Shown: positions 41,335 through 52,434 of the stretch, piece after piece
Layout of the letters: each line of letters starts with the position of its first letter
How positions within the stretch are numbered: position 1 is the stretch's first letter
Assembly (NCBI GenBank): GCA_039024555.1
Contig: JBCCQQ010000002.1
Location: 160,001-224,000 of the forward strand
DNA length: 64,000 nucleotides
Source of the DNA: Cyanobacteria bacterium P01_D01_bin.156
GTDB taxonomy: Bacteria; Cyanobacteriota; Cyanobacteriia; Phormidesmidales; Phormidesmidaceae
Reading direction: 5' to 3'
Position numbers and translations under genes: made by a program
Notes under the pieces: generated by a model
What the model was told of the DNA's origin: nothing
The model's database searches: none
Seen by the model: only the letters and a program-made list of their open reading frames with translations

Positions 41335-42192
41335 ATGCTTGGACTCTCCCACCATCACATTGGCATAGCTAATGTTTTGAGTATTGGCCTGCTAGGACTC
41401 TTACACAACCCATCACAAGCAGCCTGCTTACCTGGTGGCTGCCGTCAAAATGGTCTGGTATTTAGCGAAGCCTCCGATAATTTTGAAATCACGGATGTAA
41501 TGGGTACAGGCACCTCAAACGATCCATTTGTGATTCACCAAGACGTTTGGGGATTAGACATCTCATTAGCAATCGATGGACTACCGCAAGCTCGCCAACA
41601 TTCTGTCTTTGATCGACCAGGGTTCGCCGTTAGCATTGTGGCTCGTAATCTAACCGGAGCTTTTTGGCGGTTCTACGACCACGAGCTCCAAGAGATTCAG
41701 GGGCTTGCCAGCCATGAAAACGACGGCCTATCTTTCGCCCAAGCCATTGCACCGGCTCGTCCTTACACATCTACACATTATTCAAGAGCCGATGAAATCA
41801 CAGATATACGAGATTTCATTAATTTCTATCGGGGTGCTGGTGTAAATCCAGGGGAAACGGTTCGCTTCAACTACTTCGTCACAGATACTATTCCCAACAG
41901 CAGGTTCTACATTCGCCAGCGTCCGGATTATCGCCCCAATGAGACACCGACACCGCCTATTGCTCCTATTCTGGAGCCGCCTGTGTCACCGCCAGCCCAG
42001 CCTTCCAGCCCAGTTACTGCAATATCTACGCCTGCTGAAACATTACCTCCGGTTGCCTCAATACCAGCAACCCAGGTAACACCGTCTCCTTTGTCAACGC
42101 AGGCAGTTCCTGAACCCACAGGTCTCGCTGGAGGTGTGGCCCTTTTCCTATTGAGTACAGTCCAAAAGCGATCAAAAGCGATTAGGTCTTAA
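41335..42192 (+). CDS. PEP-CTERM sorting domain protein; start uncertain
   Basis: Signal-like N-terminus, Pro/Thr-rich stalk, C-terminal VPEP + hydrophobic + basic tail. Confidence 0.8.
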   Translation: MLGLSHHHIGIANVLSIGLLGLLHNPSQAACLPGGCRQNGLVFSEASDNFEITDVMGTGTSNDPFVIHQDVWGLDISLAIDGLPQARQHSVFDRPGFAVSIVARNLTGAFWRFYDHELQEIQGLASHENDGLSFAQAIAPARPYTSTHYSRADEITDIRDFINFYRGAGVNPGETVRFNYFVTDTIPNSRFYIRQRPDYRPNETPTPPIAPILEPPVSPPAQPSSPVTAISTPAETLPPVASIPATQVTPSPLSTQAVPEPTGLAGGVALFLLSTVQKRSKAIRS

Positions 42193-42378
42193 CCAATCTA
42201 ATACTGGTGCAGAGAAACCCAGGAGAATTTTTAGCTTGAACTGACTAGACAAAAGTTCTCCGACTATAGCAAAGACCAGTGCCATGGATGATGCATCTAG
42301 TGATAATCTTTTACATGGCACTTTGAAAGAAAAAATTAAAATTAAAAGTCGCCGCAGTAGCTAAACACCTAGGATTAA

Positions 42379-43842
<1,464 letters not shown>

Positions 43843-43880
43843 GCGCTAGCTTCTTCTCGCATCGTCAAAGTTGCGACTTC

Positions 43881-43982
43881 GTGGGTAGTGAGTGGTGAGT
43901 CGAGAATGAACTTGTTTTCATTCGGCTTGGATTGATTCAAGGTAGGTCTTGTCACTGCTCACTATTCTCTACTCACTATTCA
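43881..43982. repeat. Degenerate heptamer repeats forming a fold-back in the atpD-atpC spacer
   Basis: gtgggtagtgagtggtgagt ... cactgctcactattctctactcactattca. Confidence 0.5.
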
Positions 43983-44002
43983 TCTTTAAGTTTTAGAGTT
44001 TT

Positions 44003-44410
44003 ATGGCGTTAGCAGTACGTGTAATAGCTCCCGATAAGACTATTTGGGATGCTGAAGCGGAAGAGGTTGTGCTACCTAGTACAACCGGTCAATTAGGTAT
44101 TTTGAGTGGTCACGCTCCTTTGCTAACAGCTCTAGATATTGGCGTTTTACGTGTACGAGCTGACAAGGATTGGGTTGCGATCGCATTGATGGGCGGTTTT
44201 GCTGAAATAGAAGACAATGAAGTTACTGTCTTGGTAAATGGTGCCGAGCGTGGTGACACGATTGATCTTGCTGATGCAAAGTCAGAGTACACCTCTGCAA
44301 AGTCAGCATCAGAAGGCACGTCTTCTGAAGATAAGCAGGCTGCTATTCAAGCCAGCAAAAATTTGAAAAGAGCTCGCGCTCGAGTTCAGGCAGCAGGTGG
44401 TAGCATCTAA
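44003..44410 (+). CDS. atpC: F1 ATP synthase subunit epsilon
   Basis: LPSTTGQLGILSGHAPL, MGGFAEI. Confidence 0.97.
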   Translation: MALAVRVIAPDKTIWDAEAEEVVLPSTTGQLGILSGHAPLLTALDIGVLRVRADKDWVAIALMGGFAEIEDNEVTVLVNGAERGDTIDLADAKSEYTSAKSASEGTSSEDKQAAIQASKNLKRARARVQAAGGSI

Positions 44411-44431
44411 CCGCTCTGAGTCAGCATCGAC

Positions 44432-44483
44432 AAAAATAAAAGAGGCTTTCTCCCATGTGCGAGAAAGCCTCTTTTATTTTTTT
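44432..44483. terminator. Strong bidirectional terminator after atpC
   Basis: aaaaataaaagaggctttctc-N8-gagaaagcctcttttattttt. Confidence 0.9.
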
Positions 44484-44583
44484 AGTAAGCAATCCTTATA
44501 GAAGAGAGTTTATGCCCAAAAGTAATAGCCTGTCAGTTTTGAACTAAACCAACAGGCTAATAACACAATATGCTTTGGCTAAA

Positions 44584-44883
44584 TCATGAACTACCAGTGA
44601 AAGCAACGTTGGGAAACTTCTCAGCTGCCTTCTGCATGGTCTGGGCTTTACCCCCTTCCTGCCAATAGTTGATAATTTCCGTTGCCTGGTTCAGGAGATC
44701 AATACGCTCTTCTTCGACAATCCAAGTTTTAGACTCAAGTTCTGTCTTCATCTGGTCCCACGCATCATTGCGAGGCCAGAAAAAGTAAGAGGTCAGCGGA
44801 CTCGATCCCTTGCCCACTACTTGATCCACTGCGAGAGCCACATCTTTGTCGAGCCAGAGAACCTTTAAGATAAATCGAGACAA
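44584..44883 (-). CDS. ycf65: 30S ribosomal protein PSRP-3 (Ycf65); likely TTG start
   Basis: [37 protein letters not shown] before the TTG. Confidence 0.92.
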   Translation of the reverse strand: MSRFILKVLWLDKDVALAVDQVVGKGSSPLTSYFFWPRNDAWDQMKTELESKTWIVEEERIDLLNQATEIINYWQEGGKAQTMQKAAEKFPNVAFTGSS

Positions 44884-45008
44884 TGCAAACCTCCGCTGTA
44901 CGCCTCTTGGCTTCAAAACTACACGGTTTAATAAAACCACACGGTCTATAATTCTAGCGCATTTGTTACCCCAAGCGCATTAAAAAATCAGTCTCGTTCA
45001 CCAAAATA

Positions 45009-45803
45009 ATGTCTAATCCCATTGCTCTTGCAGTCTTTGATATCGATGGTGTTGTCCGTGATGTAGGCGGGTCTTATCGACGGGCCATTGCCGATACGGT
45101 GGAGCACTTTACCCAAGGACGCCATCGTCCCACACCCACTGATCTAGATCAGCTAAAGAGCGAAGGCATTTGGAATAACGATTGGAAAGCGTCTGAAGAA
45201 CTTATCAAGCGCTACAGTCAATCCACGGGCATCGCTTACAACACCGACTACAACAGTATTGTGGCCTATTTTCAAGAACGCTATCGGGGCACAGGCGAGG
45301 ATCCAAGCCAGTGGAACGGTTACATTACTCAAGAGCCCGTGCTGATGAGTGCTCAGTACTTGAATGAGTTGCAGCATGGTGGTGTGCCCTCTGCATTTTT
45401 TAGTGGTGCTACCCGAGGTTCGGCTCACTACATTTTGCAGCAGCGGATCGGGTTGCAAAATCCCATTTTGATTGCCATGGGTGATGCCCCCAGCAAGCCC
45501 GACCCCGCTGGGTTATACATGACTATTCAACAATTAGAGGAGCATACGCCCCCCGGCTTACCGGTGCTATATGCCGGAGATACAGTAGCTGACATGGCTA
45601 CGATTACTGCTGCCAGAGCAGATTTTCCAGAGCGTCAATGGTTCGGTGTCGGCGTACTACCTCCCCACGTACAGACGGAGGCAGACTATCAAACTCGCTA
45701 TAGTGAAACCCTAGAAAAAGCGGGAGCTGCGCTAGTCATTCCTCATGTGGAACAGTTAACTGTTGATGCAATTCAAACTTTACTAGGGCAGAAACAACCT
45801 TAG
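45009..45803 (+). CDS. HAD-superfamily hydrolase (TIGR01548-like)
   Basis: FDIDGVVRDV, KPDP, YAGDTVADM. Confidence 0.88.
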   Translation: MSNPIALAVFDIDGVVRDVGGSYRRAIADTVEHFTQGRHRPTPTDLDQLKSEGIWNNDWKASEELIKRYSQSTGIAYNTDYNSIVAYFQERYRGTGEDPSQWNGYITQEPVLMSAQYLNELQHGGVPSAFFSGATRGSAHYILQQRIGLQNPILIAMGDAPSKPDPAGLYMTIQQLEEHTPPGLPVLYAGDTVADMATITAARADFPERQWFGVGVLPPHVQTEADYQTRYSETLEKAGAALVIPHVEQLTVDAIQTLLGQKQP

Positions 45804-45940
45804 TCCAAGGCATGGGAGTATCTATAGATTTATTTTCTGTAAACGCAGCAATTTTGTTCTAAAACTCAGCAATGGGGTTCAAGAACTTTTATGAGCACTG
45901 CTCGATAGTAGTAACTGTCAGCCCTCATAAAAAATTAGTT

Positions 45941-46942
45941 ATGAACCGATTTATCCATACAGCGTTTTTGTCCACAGCAGTTGCTTTGCTATCGACTGCA
46001 AATCGTGCAGAAGCTGCTCAAGTACAAACGGTAACCTTTGAAAGTCAGGGTAAAACTCTGGTGGGTGACCTGTATCTACCCGACAACTATGTTGAGGGGC
46101 AGGAACTACCAGGTATTGTGGTTACAGGTTCATGGACTTCTGTCAAAGAGCAAATGTCAGGTCTATATGCCGAAGCTCTAGCAGACAAAGGATTTGCAGC
46201 ATTAGCCTTTGATTTTAGAAATTTTGGTGAGAGTGAGGGCAACATTCGTGCCCTAGAAAGTCCAACCATGAAAATTGAGGACATTCAGGCAGCTGCTGAA
46301 TTTTTGCCTACATTGCCTGAAGTTGCGGATGATTCCGTTGGTGGTCTTGCTGTGTGTGCTTCAGCAGGTTACATGGCCCATGCGATCGCAAATGGCGCCC
46401 CCTTACAGTCCTTCGCCACCGTTGCAGCTTGGTTTCATGACACTGAAACAGCTCGCGCAGTGTACACCCCCGAACGGTATGAGCGTCTGATAAGTGCCAG
46501 TCAAGAGGCTCAAGATTACTACGAGACCAACGGAGTTGTGCAATACACCGTAGCAGCCACCAATAACGAAGATATTGATCTCGCCGCTATGCGCTGGGCC
46601 GACCCCACGTTTTATTACACCGATCCTGAACGAGGTGCGATCGCAGAATACGACAATCGTTTTCCCATTATGGCTTGGGAAGAATGGCTGACCTTTGATG
46701 CCCTAACAGCCGCTACCCGTATCGAAATCCCTTACCTCATGATTCACGGCGATCAAATGGCACTACCTGACAATGCTCAGACATTCTATACTCAGGTCCC
46801 TAGCGCTAAAACCATCGAATGGGTAGATGGGCTACAGATGGATTACTACGATCAACCAGCCCTAGTTAATGATGCTGTCAATCGGGTCACCGAACATTTT
46901 CAGAAAACACTTTACTCACCCCAGCTCCCAGAATTCCAGTAG
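45941..46942 (+). CDS. Secreted alpha/beta hydrolase
   Basis: Signal peptide, GSWTSVKEQ, AFDFRNFGESEG, VCASAGY nucleophile elbow. Confidence 0.85.
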   Translation: MNRFIHTAFLSTAVALLSTANRAEAAQVQTVTFESQGKTLVGDLYLPDNYVEGQELPGIVVTGSWTSVKEQMSGLYAEALADKGFAALAFDFRNFGESEGNIRALESPTMKIEDIQAAAEFLPTLPEVADDSVGGLAVCASAGYMAHAIANGAPLQSFATVAAWFHDTETARAVYTPERYERLISASQEAQDYYETNGVVQYTVAATNNEDIDLAAMRWADPTFYYTDPERGAIAEYDNRFPIMAWEEWLTFDALTAATRIEIPYLMIHGDQMALPDNAQTFYTQVPSAKTIEWVDGLQMDYYDQPALVNDAVNRVTEHFQKTLYSPQLPEFQ

Positions 46943-47238
46943 GTACCCCAGGCGTATCTCACCTAAAAAAATCTGGGGGATCAACTCAGCTCATCAACTA
47001 TTTCAATGTTGTTAAGCTGTAGTATTTATTCGCCCAGACAAAGCTGTAATATCCTCACTGCTCGGGTCATCAGAAAAGCGGCAACGGCAACGATTTTACA
47101 TAAGGAGCGAGAAGGCTAGTTTATATAGTCGCCTCATTTAATAGCGCCACTTTTTTTATCGGAGCAAAACACGATAGCCTCTCTACCAAGCCATGAGACG
47201 ATAGGCCAGTATTCTAGAAAAGTTCCATATCTGCGTTT

Positions 47239-48723
47239 ATGACTGCCATGGGCTTCTTGTCATTTTTACTGTCTTTCTATGCTGCGGGAACAACAGCATT
47301 GCCGACAACAGTTCCACAACAGCCTCCCACCGAACGGATAGCGCAGTCTAAAAGCGAAATTATTCCCTACATTCAAGAAGTACGACCATTGCCAGGGGAA
47401 TTAGATGATATTCCTGTTTTTAATAGCAATAGTCCCGAGATCCTGGGTGGAGAAGGTATTCTTGTCTCTACGTTTCCTTCTCGTGGTAAAGCCCAACCAG
47501 GTGCCCATTTAGACTACAGCTTTGAAGGTCGGTTCGATATTTTTGCCCACCATGTAGTGCAAGCGCAGAACGACAGTGATACGCGCACCCGCTATCTCGG
47601 AATCGTCGTCCACAACCCCAGTAAAAGCCCTGTCACCCTTAACTTTCGTGAAGCTGCTAGCTATCTAAGTCAACAGGCTCCTTGGTACGGTCGCAACGAT
47701 GTGGAATTTAACCTAGCCAGCACCCAGTTTTCAGGTCCAGGCAGTCGGCTGATGAATGAGATTTTGCGCGATCGCAGACAGCCCCTATGGTCCCAAACAG
47801 TCACTATCCCGGCCCAGTCAAGTCATTTACTGCTCAATGGCCCCATACCGGTACGGCGGCTAACAGTACCTACCGATGGTAGCCATGCCCCCGGTCGTGA
47901 ACTACTGCCCCGCTTACCAAAAACCTTAGGCGGTAATCGCAACAATGCCCGATCCACGCTCATGCGAGTGGTCAGCGATGGCCCTGTGTATATAGCCAGT
48001 TTAAGTATGCTGGCCCCACTCACGGACAGCGGTGGAGAGCGGGTTCCCCGTCTTGATGAATGGATACAGCTTTTAGTCAATGGTGGTCTCGTGGGGCCAC
48101 GAGACCGACGCCCTAGTCCCCCCAACTCTGAAACTAACTCTTTTATTTATGGTCGGGTAGCAGGCGTCAGCCAAGGATCGCGCTGGCAAGCCACATTGAC
48201 TGACCAACGCTCATCCCAGCTGGCAATTCCCGCACCAGGGGAACAGCTTTCTTATGCCATCAGCACTGTGGACCGCAACACCTTTGGAACCCGGCAAGTA
48301 CAGAGCGCTCCGATGCTCCGGCGCTATCGTGACACGGCCTACCGCGCCCATGGCAACTATGGGACTGAGTACGATCTAACCTTGCCGTTGCATAACCCAA
48401 CAGATAAGCCACAAAAAATTTCCCTCTCGGTACAAACACCTCTACAAAATGAAACTCTCAAAAATGCCCTAACGTTTTTAATTCCCCATGAGAATCGCAT
48501 TTTCTTTCGGGGCACTCTCTTGTTTCTCTACACTAACGACCAAGGCAAACGACAGGCTGACTATATTCACCTTGTCCAAAGAAGGGGACAGATAGGTCCA
48601 CCGCTTGTAGAACTTACCCTTGCTCCCCAGGAGGAACGCTCCGTAGAGGTGCAGTTTCTTTATCCCCCCGATGCCACTCCCCCCCAAGTGCTGACGTTGA
48701 CCACCCACAACCCAGAAAGCTGA
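47239..48723 (+). CDS. DUF3370 domain protein
   Basis: VFNSNSPE, YGRVAGVSQG, AHGNYG, YPPDATPPQVLT. Confidence 0.85.
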   Translation: MTAMGFLSFLLSFYAAGTTALPTTVPQQPPTERIAQSKSEIIPYIQEVRPLPGELDDIPVFNSNSPEILGGEGILVSTFPSRGKAQPGAHLDYSFEGRFDIFAHHVVQAQNDSDTRTRYLGIVVHNPSKSPVTLNFREAASYLSQQAPWYGRNDVEFNLASTQFSGPGSRLMNEILRDRRQPLWSQTVTIPAQSSHLLLNGPIPVRRLTVPTDGSHAPGRELLPRLPKTLGGNRNNARSTLMRVVSDGPVYIASLSMLAPLTDSGGERVPRLDEWIQLLVNGGLVGPRDRRPSPPNSETNSFIYGRVAGVSQGSRWQATLTDQRSSQLAIPAPGEQLSYAISTVDRNTFGTRQVQSAPMLRRYRDTAYRAHGNYGTEYDLTLPLHNPTDKPQKISLSVQTPLQNETLKNALTFLIPHENRIFFRGTLLFLYTNDQGKRQADYIHLVQRRGQIGPPLVELTLAPQEERSVEVQFLYPPDATPPQVLTLTTHNPES

Positions 48724-48807
48724 CAGGTGCTCCTGCCGAAAGACGGACCTTAAACACGCAAAGCATATGGAGCGTGCAGGACCTCAAAAACTGCGCCTAA
48801 CCGAGCA

Positions 48808-49827
48808 CTATCCAGCGAACCAATCGGCCAGTGGATCTGTAGACCGGACAATGTGCATGCCAGCATCGGCAAACCGTTGATACGCTTCGTCAGCAGCGGT
48901 CGAAAAATCTACAACGCCAGGGACAACAACGGGGGAACTACAGTCTTCTAATAAATAAACTTTTTTAGCGAGGGCAGGGTCTATTTGCTGAATTTCAGTC
49001 AGCAGATCGTCAATGGTCCAGGCCACACAATGGCTTTTAGCTTGGCCTGCGATCGCAACCGCATCAAACACTAGCAAGTGCTGAATCAGCGACTGATTTT
49101 TGTGAGCCACAGTCTTGCCAGTAGCATCTTCTAGAACCTCTGGTCGCAGCACCGAATAATTTTCCGTGAGGGGATTGCTCCCCTTCAGTTCAAATCGCGT
49201 TTGAGACTGACGTGCCAAATTATGAAAAAAGCAGGCTTCTTCAAATGCAGACACCAAACTGTGGCCAATGCCCCCCAGCATCGAATGATAAGGCCACACC
49301 GTCAGTGGATATTTACCATCCTCACTGAGCTGTGTCACATAGTGCAACGCAAACGCTTCTAACTGCTCTAGGGGTTTGCCCAAACTGGTCACCATGGCCG
49401 GATTCACCCGCCAGCGACCGCTGCGTACATCATCTAGCTGCACCATGGTCATGGGGGCAGGCATATTTCCTTCCCCATCCACCCAAAAAGCCGCATGGAA
49501 AATCTGCACAGCCTGATGAGTATCCATGGTGGGCACAATTTCAGTAATCTGCCCTAAATTCTGGTAAATAAACTCGCACAGACGGCGCGTATCTTCCACG
49601 GCCCCACTGCCAGAGGCTCCACCTACAAACAGTTCAAAACCAGGAATACAAAACGTATTTTGAACATCAATGGCCAACACACATAACTTAGGATTGTCAG
49701 CCACCGCTGGTTGAATATTGTGGGTCTCGGCCCATGATTGAGCCTGAATCGCTCGCTCCTCATAGGGAACACGCCAAACATCACCAACGGTGTCAGCAGT
49801 AAAAAACTCAGGAATCGGCAGAGCCAT
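48808..49827 (-). CDS. Isochorismatase-family cysteine hydrolase, nicotinamidase-like
   Basis: IDVQNTF (Asp), DTH, WPYH, KG (Lys), GQAKSHCV (Cys). Confidence 0.85.
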   Translation of the reverse strand: MALPIPEFFTADTVGDVWRVPYEERAIQAQSWAETHNIQPAVADNPKLCVLAIDVQNTFCIPGFELFVGGASGSGAVEDTRRLCEFIYQNLGQITEIVPTMDTHQAVQIFHAAFWVDGEGNMPAPMTMVQLDDVRSGRWRVNPAMVTSLGKPLEQLEAFALHYVTQLSEDGKYPLTVWPYHSMLGGIGHSLVSAFEEACFFHNLARQSQTRFELKGSNPLTENYSVLRPEVLEDATGKTVAHKNQSLIQHLLVFDAVAIAGQAKSHCVAWTIDDLLTEIQQIDPALAKKVYLLEDCSSPVVVPGVVDFSTAADEAYQRFADAGMHIVRSTDPLADWFAG

Positions 49828-49849
49828 GGTGCATCCTCCAAGTAAACGA

Positions 49850-50638
49850 CTATGACTTCAATAGGGGCATGTAGGCGGCTTTGAACTGAATAATAATTGC
49901 CTTTAGCGGCTCATCCAGAATTTTCCACACATTATCTAGAATGGCCTCCGGCACTTCACCGTAAAAGGCTTCAGCCATACCGCCCGTAATGCAGGTCAGG
50001 GTATCGGCATCTCCACCAAGGGATATGGCATTGCGAATAGCATCGGTAAAACTCTCGGATTCAAGAAAAGCAATGATGGCTTCGGGTACCGTTTCCTGAC
50101 AGGATTCATTGAACTGATAATCGGGACGAATCTCGTCAAGACTGCGGCTCAAATCGTAGCCAAACTGAGTTTCTATATAGCTTTTAATGGCTTGTTTAGA
50201 CTGGCCCTGGCGCGCCAGAAAAATTGCTGCAGCGGTCGCTTGAGCCCCCTTAACGCCCTCAGGGTGATTGTGGGTGACAACGGCAGTTTGTTTTGCCCCT
50301 TGCAACACGGCTTCTAAATCGTGATGAGCATAGGCAACAGGACTCACCCGCATGGCTGAACCATTGCCCCAGCTATTGTAGGGTTCACTCTCCGTGGCCG
50401 CTGCCCAAGACTGAAATCGGGCACCATACCCACCACAGGGATGGGGATAACGGCGATAAAACTGCTTAAACGCATGGCTGTAGCTACCTCCATGGAGTAG
50501 CACATTGGCCACGGCCACGGTCAAAATGGTGTCATCAGTGAATGTGCTTTGGTCTGTGAATAGAGGAAAGGTTTTAGTTTTATGGGCCTTAAACTCATAG
50601 GCAGAACCGATAATGTCACCTGTAATTGCGCCAAGCAT
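49850..50638 (-). CDS. ADP-ribosylglycohydrolase (DraG/ARH family)
   Basis: GAITGDIIG, FTDDT, GNGSAMR, THNH, GGDADT. Confidence 0.93.
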   Translation of the reverse strand: MLGAITGDIIGSAYEFKAHKTKTFPLFTDQSTFTDDTILTVAVANVLLHGGSYSHAFKQFYRRYPHPCGGYGARFQSWAAATESEPYNSWGNGSAMRVSPVAYAHHDLEAVLQGAKQTAVVTHNHPEGVKGAQATAAAIFLARQGQSKQAIKSYIETQFGYDLSRSLDEIRPDYQFNESCQETVPEAIIAFLESESFTDAIRNAISLGGDADTLTCITGGMAEAFYGEVPEAILDNVWKILDEPLKAIIIQFKAAYMPLLKS

Positions 50639-50676
50639 ATAAATGTGTGCCTAAAAGTGTGTATTGCAAAAAACGC

Positions 50677-50697
50677 TTTGTGTATTTTTTACACTAA
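50677..50697. promoter_or_regulatory. Candidate NrtR operator
   Basis: 21-bp imperfect palindrome tttgtgtattttttacactaa with a GT-N7-AC core, in the divergent promoter. Confidence 0.75.
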
Positions 50698-50735
50698 GAT
50701 ACATTTGGTTATAGCGAATCAACGTGTGAACGTCA

Positions 50736-51431
50736 ATGGTCCATAGTTACGATTACCCTAGACCAGCGCTTACGGTGGACTGTGTTGTATTTGGGTTAGG
50801 GAAAAAGACTGACACTTTACAGGTTCTACTCATTCAACGCCGTCTGCCTCCATTTGCAGGGCAATGGGCGCTACCCGGTGGCTTTATACACAAAAATGAA
50901 GGGTTAGAAACCGCTGCCCGCCGAGAACTCACTGAAGAAACCGGTGTTAGAGAATTATTTCTGGAGCAGCTGCGGGCCTATGGACAACCGCACCGAGATC
51001 CACGGGGACACACCGTCACTGTCGCTTTCTATGCGTTGGTCAATCTTTGGAATCATCAGATAAAAGCTGCCACCGATGCGAGGCAAGCTCAATGGTGTGC
51101 TATCACTCAGCTTCCAAAGCTGGCCTTTGACCACGAGGCTATTCTTACGGATGCGATCGCAGCATTGCGTTCTTCAATTCGACACCGCCCCATCGGCTTT
51201 GAGTTACTTCCACCTAAATTCACCCTGAGCCAGCTACAAAGGCTTTACGAAATTGTTTTAGATCGTCCCTTTGACAAACGCAACTTTCGAAAAAAGCTGC
51301 TCAAGCTAGATATCTTAGTGGCCTTGGATGAAAAGGAGGTCAACGTCGCCCACCGCGCTGCCCAGCTATACCAGTTCAACTCTGCAAAATATAAAGCACA
51401 GCAACAAACAGGGTTTAATTTCGACTTATGA
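50736..51431 (+). CDS. nrtR: NrtR-family regulator: Nudix domain plus winged HTH
   Basis: Nudix box [33 protein letters not shown]-terminal FTLSQLQ...DKRNFRKK. Confidence 0.88.
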   Translation: MVHSYDYPRPALTVDCVVFGLGKKTDTLQVLLIQRRLPPFAGQWALPGGFIHKNEGLETAARRELTEETGVRELFLEQLRAYGQPHRDPRGHTVTVAFYALVNLWNHQIKAATDARQAQWCAITQLPKLAFDHEAILTDAIAALRSSIRHRPIGFELLPPKFTLSQLQRLYEIVLDRPFDKRNFRKKLLKLDILVALDEKEVNVAHRAAQLYQFNSAKYKAQQQTGFNFDL

Positions 51432-51474
51432 GACTCCTTGCAGAGTGTCGTTTAGCCAGAGCAACCCACACTTG

Positions 51475-52371
51475 CTATCCCAGTAGGGAATAGATATTGC
51501 CATCGATTAACAGATGGGTAATTCCCTTAGCCTGCAAATAATAGGAGGCCTTAGTAATAATTTGACCATCCGGCACCTTAATAATCCGCTGGTTACGTCG
51601 TGAAAACCGACGGGCCACACGATGATTATCAAAGACAGGCAAGGTTAAGGCTGATGCTTGTTCTTCAGGAATAGTCCCTAAATCAGCAAATTCTTTAAGG
51701 GGATGGGTAATCAGCTCTGACAGCCGGTCCACTACCAAATAACAGGTACGGGGAAAGACAGCATCCCCAATGGGCATAATCTCGACCGAAGTGCCTAAGA
51801 AACCGGCATCATCTACACCAGAGTCATCGTCGTCAAAGTCATCGTCGTCATCAAACTCAGCGTCTAGCTCGCTATCGAGGTCATCATCATCGTCCATATC
51901 GGACAAATCCTCGTCGAGAATCTCTAGATCATCATCATCTAGATCGGCCTCCTCTAAAGCTGTCTCCTGAGGCTCAGGTAACAGTTCAGCCTCAGCCTCT
52001 CGTTGAGCAACATCTCCAGCTTCAGACGCTAGTAACTCTAGCTGACCGTCATTGGGAGATGCGCTCTCTGGTTCGGTTTCAACCGCAGCTGACCGCAGGC
52101 GCGTTCTACGAGGTCGGGGCTTTTCTATTTTGACGGGTGGTGGTACAGCTTCTGCTTCTACAGATGTGGCCGATTTCTCCGACGGTCCCGAACGCTTTTG
52201 AGCAACTAAGGCTCGATATTCGTCTTCAGGAATTTGCGTCTTTAAAATTCGACTGATGGTACTGGTGCTAACCCCATAACGCATCGCAATGGTTGAGGTG
52301 GTCTCTCCAGGTTGCCGATAAATTTCAATTACGTCACGTTTATCAGCGTCAGACAGTTTGCGCGATGCCAT
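51475..52371 (-). CDS. Conserved cyanobacterial HTH protein with an Asp-rich tract
   Basis: N-terminal HTH (TIAMRYGVSTSTISRIL), poly-Asp linker, LPVFDNHRVARRFS. Confidence 0.75.
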   Translation of the reverse strand: MASRKLSDADKRDVIEIYRQPGETTSTIAMRYGVSTSTISRILKTQIPEDEYRALVAQKRSGPSEKSATSVEAEAVPPPVKIEKPRPRRTRLRSAAVETEPESASPNDGQLELLASEAGDVAQREAEAELLPEPQETALEEADLDDDDLEILDEDLSDMDDDDDLDSELDAEFDDDDDFDDDDSGVDDAGFLGTSVEIMPIGDAVFPRTCYLVVDRLSELITHPLKEFADLGTIPEEQASALTLPVFDNHRVARRFSRRNQRIIKVPDGQIITKASYYLQAKGITHLLIDGNIYSLLG

Positions 52372-52434
52372 ACACACAACACCCTTAGGGGCAGGTAAAA
52401 ACGTCTTTCTAGTATGCCAGGTTTGGGCCTAGTG

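Noticed and set aside
51475..52371. Possible transposase because of the N-terminal HTH
   Set aside because: No catalytic DDE or HUH motif, terminal inverted repeats or target duplications were seen
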